A DNA stretch of 47,528 nt from Myxococcota bacterium (GTDB taxonomy: Bacteria; Myxococcota; Myxococcia; Myxococcales; Myxococcaceae). The stretch is taken from the NCBI GenBank assembly GCA_049322255.1, contig JBMORE010000189.1, forward strand, positions 1-47,528, read 5' to 3'. Numbering within the stretch: position 1 is the stretch's first letter; each line of letters begins with the position of its first letter. Under the pieces are notes generated by a model that was given only the letters and a program-made list of their open reading frames with translations, made no database searches and had not been told where the DNA came from. Position numbers and translations under genes: made by a program. Positions 40,584-47,528 of this stretch are shown in pieces.

Positions 40584-41537
40584 TCACGACTCTAACGAGG
40601 CTTTCGCCGCACGGGCAACGGCTTCGCGCGCCCAAGGAGGCTCGACGACCTCGGCGTCGCCTCCGAAGGAGAGAATCCATTGAGTCAACCAGCGCTCCGA
40701 GTCGCCCGCCACCGTCACCTCCAGGCGCCCGTCGGGCAGCGCCCGTGCCTTCTCCCCGAAGCGCTCTTTTTGATAGGGCGCGGCCGTTTTGGAAAAGCGC
40801 ACCCGCACCGCCCCCGGTCCGCCGCTCACTCCGGGCAGCGCAGCCGCCCTGTCTTCTTGGGGAGGGAAGGTGCGCTCGGTGAGAGTGAGCGAGTGGATGC
40901 GGTCGAGCCGGAAGAGCCGGTCGTCTTGCCGGGAAAGACAAAAGGCGGCCAGGTACCACTGACCGCGGTGGCTGAAGAGCTCGTGGGGGCGCACCGCGCG
41001 GCGCTCGGTCTGGCCGCGGCCCGAGGTGAAGTAGTGAAGCTCCACCTCGCGATGCTCGGCGATGGCCTTGGCCAAAGGCGCCATCCCGGTGGGTGCATCG
41101 AGGGCGAGGTCGAGCTTTTGTCCGAACTCCTTGAAGCGTGCTTGGGCGCCCGGGGGCACCACACGTTCGAGCTTGGAAAGCGCGCTGCTGAGGGCGTCGG
41201 CGTCGGCGCCCCGGAGCAGCTTTGCGGCGGCGCCTAAGGCGGCGGCTTCAGCGGCGGTGAGGCGGGGCGGAGCGGAGAGCCGCTGGTCCAAGTCGACGAA
41301 CACCCGGTCGTTCTCCACGTAGATGTCGATGTAGTCGTCGGGTTGAAAGGGAGGGCGGCCCACCAGGGTGAGCAGGTCGAGGTCGGCGAGGAGCTCTTCA
41401 CGGGTCAAGGAGAGCGCCTTGGCCAGCTCGTCGAGCGAAACGCCCGGGTGCTTGGAAACGTAAGGGACCAGGAAGAGCAGCCGCCGCAGCCGCTCATGGC
41501 CCAAAGACTTGCCGCCGTCGACGTGCCGCGAGCTCAT
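40584..41537 (-). CDS. WYL-domain transcriptional regulator, PafC-like
   Basis: ATG 41537 overlaps the upstream TGA; RLRRLLFLVPYV..HPGVSL.E.A; RLTAAEA; WYLAAFC...RLFRLDRI; WILSFGG..EVVEP. Confidence 0.9.
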   Translation of the reverse strand: MSSRHVDGGKSLGHERLRRLLFLVPYVSKHPGVSLDELAKALSLTREELLADLDLLTLVGRPPFQPDDYIDIYVENDRVFVDLDQRLSAPPRLTAAEAAALGAAAKLLRGADADALSSALSKLERVVPPGAQARFKEFGQKLDLALDAPTGMAPLAKAIAEHREVELHYFTSGRGQTERRAVRPHELFSHRGQWYLAAFCLSRQDDRLFRLDRIHSLTLTERTFPPQEDRAAALPGVSGGPGAVRVRFSKTAAPYQKERFGEKARALPDGRLEVTVAGDSERWLTQWILSFGGDAEVVEPPWAREAVARAAKASLES

Positions 41538-42523
41538 CGGTGAGCCTCGTAGACGTCGGAAGCCATCTTCCGGTGGCGCTGCACCGCCTCCGGGGGAGAC
41601 TCCACCCGGCAGGAGGAGCCCAAGGAGAGGGCGTACTTGAGCAGCCCCTCCAGGTCGGTGGCGCGAAGCACCACTTCCGTGGCGGTTTTCTGGGGCGTCA
41701 CCTCGGCGGTGGGGAAAAGCCCTTTGGCCAGCGGGGCGAGCTCGCCGGTCAGACGCAGGCGCACGAAGAGCGGTGCATGAAAGGCGTGCCGCCAAGGGTA
41801 GGAGGCGACATGGTCGTCGAGGCGAAAGTCTTTCGGCACCTCGAAGTCGGGGCTCTTGGGGCGGACGGCGTTGACCGAGAGCTCGCGCACGCGGTGGACA
41901 TGAAAGGTGCGCAGGGCGTGGCGCAGGTGGCAGTGGCCGACGAGCGACCACACCCCGCGGCGCAGCGCCAAGCCATAGGGACTGACGCGCCGTTGGGTGA
42001 CCGCCTCCGAGCGAGGCGAGTAGTAGGTGAGGTCGACGAACTTCCGCGCCGAGGTGGCCGCCCACAGCTGCTCGAGGCGCGAGGAGAGCTCGCCCGTCCC
42101 CTGCCCTTCTCCCAACTCCAGACGAACACGCGGGGTGGGCAGCTCGGCGCCGGCGAAGAAACCGATTTTGCGCAAGGCATGCGCCAGGTCCTGGCTACCG
42201 GGGAAGGCGCCCGAGGCGAGCGCCGCCGAGCCCGCCGCGTAGAGGACCGCCAGCTCCTCGGGGGAAAGGCCCATCTCCGGGAGGTAGTAGGCATTCTTGT
42301 CCACCACGTAGCCGTCGCGCTCCACCTCTTCGCCCTGCCGGTAGACCAGCGGTAGCCCCAGCTCGAGCAGCTCCGCCTTGTCGCGCTCGAACTTGCGCTC
42401 CGCCGCGTCCGCCGAGCCCCCGTAGTCGTCGGGAAACGCCTCGCGCAGCCGGGCCCAGGAGACGGGCTCCTGCGCGTCGAGAAAGAGCGCGACCAGGTCG
42501 AGCAGGCGTTCGGTGCGGTCCAT
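41534..42523 (-). CDS. WYL-domain transcriptional regulator, PafB-like
   Basis: ERLLDLV; RKFERDK.EL..LG; GY.V...AYYLP; R.VSPYGL; WSLVGHC..R..LRTF.V.RV. Confidence 0.9.
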   Translation of the reverse strand: MDRTERLLDLVALFLDAQEPVSWARLREAFPDDYGGSADAAERKFERDKAELLELGLPLVYRQGEEVERDGYVVDKNAYYLPEMGLSPEELAVLYAAGSAALASGAFPGSQDLAHALRKIGFFAGAELPTPRVRLELGEGQGTGELSSRLEQLWAATSARKFVDLTYYSPRSEAVTQRRVSPYGLALRRGVWSLVGHCHLRHALRTFHVHRVRELSVNAVRPKSPDFEVPKDFRLDDHVASYPWRHAFHAPLFVRLRLTGELAPLAKGLFPTAEVTPQKTATEVVLRATDLEGLLKYALSLGSSCRVESPPEAVQRHRKMASDVYEAHR

Positions 42524-42569
42524 GAAGCGCTCAGGCGATCTACCACGATGTTCGCAAGCACTGGAGTGG

Positions 42570-43532
42570 CTAGGGCTTGGGGTGCTGCATCAGAAAGTCG
42601 TAGAGGGCCGGCGACCCATTGGCGTTGAGCGCGGGGATGTGCGAGCCGCCCTGAATGGTCCACAGCTCGACCGCGCCACCGGCGCAGCCATCGAACACCT
42701 CGATCCGCGTCTCTGCCCCGAACAGCGTGCTCACCAGGTCCAGCGGCATATTGGTATTGCGGGGCCCGGCCGCGCAGCCGTTGCGGTTGGCCCAGCCACT
42801 GACGGTCTCCACCGCCGAGGGGTAGGCCACGCCGCCGAACTGGCCGCCACCGTAGAGCACCGTGGTGTCCTGATCTCCGTGCACCTCCAATACCGCCAGC
42901 CTTTGCATCGGCTGACACCGGCTCCCGTCCTTCCACGCCGCGCCTGCCAGGGAGGCGATGCCTGCCAGCCGATGCGAGGCATCGCAGGCCAGCCGGTGAG
43001 CCATGAAGCCGCCGTTGGAATGTCCGATGGCGAAGATGCGCCGTGGGTCCACGTTGTAGCGGCGCTGTACGTCGTCGACGAGGTCGTGGAAGTAGGCCAC
43101 GTCATCCACCGGCGCGTTGCCGTAGTTGCAGCAGGCGTCGGAGGCGTTCCAGAAGCGGCGCGCCGAGGCGTCCATCGTGCCGTCGGGGGTGGCGAGTAGG
43201 AAGGTGCGGGCATCGGCCAGTTGGCTCAGCCCGAAGTACGCGTCATGGGCCGCGCCGGTGGAGCCATAGCCGTGGAAGAGGATGACCAGGGGCGTGGGCT
43301 TGGCCGGGTCGTATGCGGCGGGAACCTTGAAGCGATAGGGACGGTTGGCCACCAGCCCGGCATCGAGCTCCCCCCCGTCCAGCCCGGCGTCTTTACCGCT
43401 CTGTGCCGGTCCTGCGTCAAAGCGCTCGGGTAAGCCACCCGGCTCGCCTCCATCTGCGCCAGGGTGCGGCGTCGCGCTGCACCCGAGGAAGAAAGCGCTC
43501 AAAACGGTTCTGAGAAGGGTGACTCGCGCCAT
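42570..43532 (-). CDS. LpqC/LpqP (PHB depolymerase-type) esterase lipoprotein
   Basis: Lipobox FLGC; PLVILFHG; WNASDACC; DDVAY; GHSNGG; HGDQD; GGSH. Confidence 0.88.
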   Translation of the reverse strand: MARVTLLRTVLSAFFLGCSATPHPGADGGEPGGLPERFDAGPAQSGKDAGLDGGELDAGLVANRPYRFKVPAAYDPAKPTPLVILFHGYGSTGAAHDAYFGLSQLADARTFLLATPDGTMDASARRFWNASDACCNYGNAPVDDVAYFHDLVDDVQRRYNVDPRRIFAIGHSNGGFMAHRLACDASHRLAGIASLAGAAWKDGSRCQPMQRLAVLEVHGDQDTTVLYGGGQFGGVAYPSAVETVSGWANRNGCAAGPRNTNMPLDLVSTLFGAETRIEVFDGCAGGAVELWTIQGGSHIPALNANGSPALYDFLMQHPKP

Positions 43533-43558
43533 TCAGGTACGCACCGATGCGCCCAACT

Positions 43559-44743
43559 CTACCGCGCACGCACGCCCAGCTTCCCCATCGCCCAGAAGAG
43601 CTGGTCCACGTCCTCCTCGTTGTTGAACACGTGGGTGGACACCCGGATGCCGACACCGCGCGGGCTCACCATCACTCCCTTCTTGGCGAGCTCGGCGGCC
43701 ACCCGGTGCGGCTCTCCCTGTACCCGGAAGACGCAGATGCCCGAGCCGCGCGCGCGCTCGTCGGGAGCGTTGGGGACAAAGCCCAGGGCACGCAGACGGC
43801 GGCGAAGCGCCTTCTGTAGCCGCGCGTGGTGGGCCTCGATGGTGGGAAGACCGACGCGCTCGATGAGCTCCAGCGCCGCCCCGAAGCTAAAGAGAGGTGC
43901 GTACGCTCCGCAGCCGGCTTCGAGCGCTGAAGCCTCGCGACGAAAGTGAGCACCCCTCGCGATGAAGACTCGGCCCTTGCCGCGCGTCTTCGCCCCCACG
44001 AAGGGCGCCATCGCCATCGCCTTCTCCACCGAGAGCCACCCGGCGAAGGGCAGCTGCACTTTTTCGAGCAGCGCCTTCCTGGCGAAAAACACTCCGGTGC
44101 CGTAGCCGCCCATCATCCACTTGTGGCTGGTGCCGCACAGGAAGTCGATGCGCTGCGCGCGCACGTCGACCTTCACCTGACCCAGCGCCTGGGCGCCGTT
44201 GACCGCGAAGTACAGCTTCTGGGCGCGGCAGAGCCGGCCCAGCGCCTCCAGCTCGGCGCGATAACCGCTGGCGTATTGGACCGCCGAGAGGGCAATCGCT
44301 CCGGTGCGGCGAGTGACGGCGGCGGCGATGTCTTCCACCGGGTAGCTGCCGTCGGCCCGCGCTCGCACCACCCGCAGGCGAAAACCCTGATGAAGAAACG
44401 GCAGCGTGGTGGAGGGAAACTCCTCCGCCAGCGTCACCACCTCGCGCACCCCCAGCTCGTGGAGCATCCGTCCGACGGCCTGAAAACCCATCGAGGTCGA
44501 GGGGAGGAAGCCCACCTCCCCTTCCCGCGCGCCGATGAAGCGAGCGAAGCGCGAGCGGATTTCTTCTTTGCGCGAGAGCCAGGAGGAAAAACCCACGTCC
44601 CCCCACTCCACCGTTTCGCGCAAGTGGTCGGCGGCGGCTTTCTCCACCGGCAAAGCGATGGGCGAGGACGCCGCCGCGTTGAGGTAGCTGGTCCGCAACA
44701 CCGCGGGGAAGAGCGCGCGTAGCTGTTTGGGGGAAAGAGGCAT
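43559..44743 (-). CDS. PLP-dependent aminotransferase class V family protein
   Basis: ATG 44743 (MPLSPKQLRALFP); YLNAAASSP; EFPS; SHKWMMG; IRVSTHVFN. Confidence 0.88.
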   Translation of the reverse strand: MPLSPKQLRALFPAVLRTSYLNAAASSPIALPVEKAAADHLRETVEWGDVGFSSWLSRKEEIRSRFARFIGAREGEVGFLPSTSMGFQAVGRMLHELGVREVVTLAEEFPSTTLPFLHQGFRLRVVRARADGSYPVEDIAAAVTRRTGAIALSAVQYASGYRAELEALGRLCRAQKLYFAVNGAQALGQVKVDVRAQRIDFLCGTSHKWMMGGYGTGVFFARKALLEKVQLPFAGWLSVEKAMAMAPFVGAKTRGKGRVFIARGAHFRREASALEAGCGAYAPLFSFGAALELIERVGLPTIEAHHARLQKALRRRLRALGFVPNAPDERARGSGICVFRVQGEPHRVAAELAKKGVMVSPRGVGIRVSTHVFNNEEDVDQLFWAMGKLGVRAR

Positions 44744-45240
44744 CAACCCACTCTCGCGGAAAGCGCCATCACCGAAAGAGCGATGGCGAAGGCTCCCAAG
44801 ACGAGCTGGCCGAGCAGGCACAACACCGAAAAACCGTGCAAGCGGCCAAAGGCAATGCGCCGAGGGTCCTCCCGCGGCACCTCGTCGAGCGCCGGCCCCA
44901 GCTCGGCACGCACGCGTCGAATCTCCGGCGTCAGCGCCAACCGGGCGTACAGCCACAGCCCCACCATCGCAGCGAGGAGCGCGAGCTTGAGGGTCAAAGT
45001 CCGCGTGGCTCCCACCGTTCCCGCCATCTCCACCACCGTCGCCAGAAGCGCCAAGGGACCCGCGAGGAGGACGTAGGTGTCGAAGCGTTCGAGGATTTTG
45101 CCGACGATGTCCCCGGCCAGGGCACGCGAGGGTGCGCGCTCGAACACCACCGGGGCGACGATGAAGCTGATGGCCGCGCCTCCACCCACCCACAGGGCGA
45201 GGACGAAGAGAGACAGGAAGTGGACCAGAAAACCCAGCAT
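44743..45240 (-). CDS. DUF4149 membrane protein
   Basis: ATG 45240; LWVGG...VAP.VF...R..AG; F.RLH..S; four TM helices. Confidence 0.8.
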   Translation of the reverse strand: MLGFLVHFLSLFVLALWVGGGAAISFIVAPVVFERAPSRALAGDIVGKILERFDTYVLLAGPLALLATVVEMAGTVGATRTLTLKLALLAAMVGLWLYARLALTPEIRRVRAELGPALDEVPREDPRRIAFGRLHGFSVLCLLGQLVLGAFAIALSVMALSARVG

Positions 45241-45253
45241 CGAAGGGCGCTGG

Positions 45254-45282
45254 ACCGTAGGGAGGGGCCAGGCGCTTGTCAA
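45254..45282 (-). promoter_or_regulatory. Sigma-70-type promoter for the DUF4149-led run
   Basis: TTGACA-17 nt-TACGGT, 13 nt upstream of ATG 45240. Confidence 0.7.
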
Positions 45283-45376
45283 AATGTCTCGGCGCGACTC
45301 GGCGACGGGCAGGCATGTCATGGGCAGCGGCCCACCGAGCGAGCGAAGGGGGTGAAAGCGCTGGGCCAAGGCTCGG

Positions 45377-45392
45377 TGGCGTGCGCGTTGCT
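45377..45392 (+). promoter_or_regulatory. Putative sigma-54 promoter for the gene at 45412
   Basis: TGGCGTGCGCGTTGCT (GG-N10-GC with TGGC and TTGC cores); an alternative TGC-TAGACT extended -10 follows at 45393-45401. Confidence 0.5.
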
Positions 45393-45411
45393 TGCTAGAC
45401 TGCTCATCGTC

Positions 45412-45876
45412 ATGCGCTTCGCCGCCGTCAGCATCCGTCTCGGCTTGGTCCTGTCCGCCTGGGTGTGGGCGCTGGCCGGGTGTGCCGGCCAAAAGAAGGC
45501 CACCGCGGCAGAGAAGCTCTACTTTGCCCTCGAGGTGCGCCAAAACGGCAAGCTGGTGGGTAAGCCCCAATTGCTCGGCGAGGAGGGAAAGACGCTGCGC
45601 GCCGAGCGGCGAGCCCCGGGCGCTGACGCTCCCGACTACCAGCTGGTGCTCAGCCCGCGTGCCACGGAAGGCGACGCCTACTCGGTCGAGCTGGAAGTGA
45701 TGGTGCCCAACGCCCAGGGCCAGTTCGACCTCGCCCTCTTGCACGGCCAGGAGCGCCGCGCCCATTCGGCCAGCGCCGCCGACCTCGAGGTGACGCTTTT
45801 GCTGATGAAGGTCGACTCGCCCGAGTTCCGCGCGCTGATGAACCTCGACGAACCGGCGCCGCTGCACTCCATCTGA
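45412..45876 (+). CDS. Hypothetical lipoprotein
   Basis: MRFAAVSIRLGLVLSAWVWALAGC lipobox; GC3 bias. Confidence 0.75.
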   Translation: MRFAAVSIRLGLVLSAWVWALAGCAGQKKATAAEKLYFALEVRQNGKLVGKPQLLGEEGKTLRAERRAPGADAPDYQLVLSPRATEGDAYSVELEVMVPNAQGQFDLALLHGQERRAHSASAADLEVTLLLMKVDSPEFRALMNLDEPAPLHSI

Positions 45877-45987
45877 GGCCGTAGCCTCGCCCGCGTCCAA
45901 GGCGAGCTCCCGGGCGCCCGGCCGGTTCGTCGCTCCTTGTCCCTCCCGTTTCCGCCCTCCAGCTTGAGCGGCAACGGAGCTTTGGAC

Positions 45988-46572
45988 ATGCGACAGATTC
46001 TTTGGACGGCGGTCGTGGTGGCGGGAATGTTCGCAGGCGTCGGACGTGCTGAAGTCGACGCAGGGACGGCACCAGAGGATGAGCTGGTCACCCTGGAGCG
46101 CAGCGAGCTGCAGACGCTGCAGCGCGAGCTGGCTCGCCTCCAGCGGGAGGTGGTCGAGCTGCGTGCCCAGCTTCAGGAACGCGCTCCTGGGACCGAGCCC
46201 TCGGAGGTCGTGGCCAGCGCGAGCTTCACCGGGCGGGTGATGGACGTGCGGGCGGGCTGGGTCACCCTCATCGATCTCGATGGGGAGACCTACCAGCTCA
46301 AGGTCGACGAGCGGACCCGCGCGCTCGAATCGGACGGCGAGCGCATTGCCGTCCGCTCGCTCGATGAGGGCGCGGTGGTGAGGGCGTCGCTCGACCTCGT
46401 GGGCGACCAGACCTTCGCGCGGGACATCGTCGTTCTCGGAGATAAAGAGGTGTCCCAGCTGCGGCGCACGAAGAACCTGCCGCCGCAGACGCCTGCGGTG
46501 CCCGTGGAGGCTAAGCTGCCGCCTTCGCCGCCGGCAGAAGCGCCCCAGCCCGCCGAGCCGGAGGGCCGGTGA
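45988..46572 (+). CDS. Secreted hypothetical protein (coiled coil + OB-fold-like segment)
   Basis: Signal peptide; LQTLQRELARLQREVVELRAQL; FTGRV.DV...VTL. Confidence 0.7.
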   Translation: MRQILWTAVVVAGMFAGVGRAEVDAGTAPEDELVTLERSELQTLQRELARLQREVVELRAQLQERAPGTEPSEVVASASFTGRVMDVRAGWVTLIDLDGETYQLKVDERTRALESDGERIAVRSLDEGAVVRASLDLVGDQTFARDIVVLGDKEVSQLRRTKNLPPQTPAVPVEAKLPPSPPAEAPQPAEPEGR

Positions 46573-47186
46573 TGGGTGCGCGCGTGCTCTGGCTGGTGCC
46601 GCTTTTGGCGCTCGCTCCTTCCGTGGAGGCGACCTCACTGCCTGGCTCGGCGGAACACCTCTTGGAGGCCTCACAACGCATTCACGAGGCCACGGTGACT
46701 TTCGTGCCTCCGTATTGCGCGGGCGTGGTGGTGGGGGACGGCCGGCGCACCCTCACTGCCGCGCACTGCGTGCTGGCCCCCGACCAGCCGGCGATGGTGG
46801 CGCTCTACGACGGCAGAGTGGCGGAAGGCCGCTGGGAGCGCATCGACACCGCACAAGACGTCGCGGTGCTCGTCTTCGAAGAGCCGTTGCCGGTTCGAGG
46901 GCTTGCGGTGGCCGAACAACTTCCGGCGCAAGGAGAGGTGGTGCTCTTCTGCGGTCGGGACGGCGGGCCGCACACCCAGGTCGCCGCCGTCGAGCGGTTG
47001 GGGCGCTGTCCCTCGCTGCCCAACGTCGCCCAGGCGCTCTTCACCACCCTGCGCGGCTACCGAGGCGAGTCGGGCGCGCCGGTGGTGGATTTGAAGCTCC
47101 AGGTGGTGGGCCTGGTGCACGGCGGCGCGGCCTGCAACATCGCCACCCCCACTGCGACCATCGCCTCCGCGCTGAAAAACCCTTAG
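46572..47186 (+). CDS. Secreted trypsin-like (S1) serine protease
   Basis: TAAHC, DVAVL, GESGAP catalytic triad motifs; signal peptide. Confidence 0.88.
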   Translation: MGARVLWLVPLLALAPSVEATSLPGSAEHLLEASQRIHEATVTFVPPYCAGVVVGDGRRTLTAAHCVLAPDQPAMVALYDGRVAEGRWERIDTAQDVAVLVFEEPLPVRGLAVAEQLPAQGEVVLFCGRDGGPHTQVAAVERLGRCPSLPNVAQALFTTLRGYRGESGAPVVDLKLQVVGLVHGGAACNIATPTATIASALKNP

Positions 47187-47187
47187 G

Positions 47188-47528
47188 TCAAACCTCCGGA
47201 AACCGGGTGAGGAAGTCTTCGACGGAGAGAGCCTTGACCCCCGGTGCCACCGTCAGGGCGGGTCTGCCCCGTCCATCCCCACGATGCACAATCACCGCCA
47301 CTGGGCTGCGCGAGCGCATGGAGGCTGACAGCTTGCGCAGCGCAGCGGCCATCGCCGGAGTCACTGTCTTCGTCCACTTCACCTCCACCAGATGCACCTT
47401 GGAAGCGGGACCCGGTGCGAGGAAGTCGACCTCCAACCCTTGCTGATCGCGAAAGAAATACAGCTCTCGCGAGCGGCCCGAGTTGAGCTGGTTCTTGAGC
47501 ATCTCCGACGCGATGAATCCTTCGAAGA
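47188..47528 (-). CDS. 3' end of an AAA+ ATPase with DUF4143 domain (5' end outside the window)
   Basis: FEGFIASE.LK...LYFFRDQQGLEVDF..VEVK. Confidence 0.85.
   Translation of the reverse strand, partial: FEGFIASEMLKNQLNSGRSRELYFFRDQQGLEVDFLAPGPASKVHLVEVKWTKTVTPAMAAALRKLSASMRSRSPVAVIVHRGDGRGRPALTVAPGVKALSVEDFLTRFPEV

Noticed and set aside
42524..42569. LexA box or PafBC target motif upstream of the WYL pair
   Set aside because: Only a CGAAC half-site is present; no complete palindrome and no TGTCGG-N10-TA motif.

Overview
GC-rich bacterial DNA, very probably from a myxobacterium: it has three MYXO-CTERM-tailed proteins, a DUF2378/TIGR02265 domain, Pkn2-type kinases and Cys-rich lipoproteins. 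About 44 protein-coding genes can be supported. Housekeeping genes include ttcA, rnd, acnA, an ABC-F ATPase, an M32 carboxypeptidase, a ClsB-like PLD and a GGQ release-factor-like protein; the rest are mainly secreted/surface proteins and regulators. I saw no tRNA, rRNA, CRISPR array, integrase or transposase. The most striking structure is at 23398-26820, where the junction between a response regulator and an ABC-transporter operon is present three times. The copies form exact 57-bp and 155-bp direct repeats bracketing two cargo cassettes (LysR/AhpD-CMD/DUF1801, and an MNT-HEPN toxin-antitoxin pair). The cassette ends carry codon-biased remnants of foreign genes and no mobility enzyme. Second is a PafB/PafC-like WYL pair (40584-42523) in a non-actinobacterial setting, co-oriented with a membrane FHA protein and a cardiolipin synthase. 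All family calls come from motif recognition by eye; no database searches were run.
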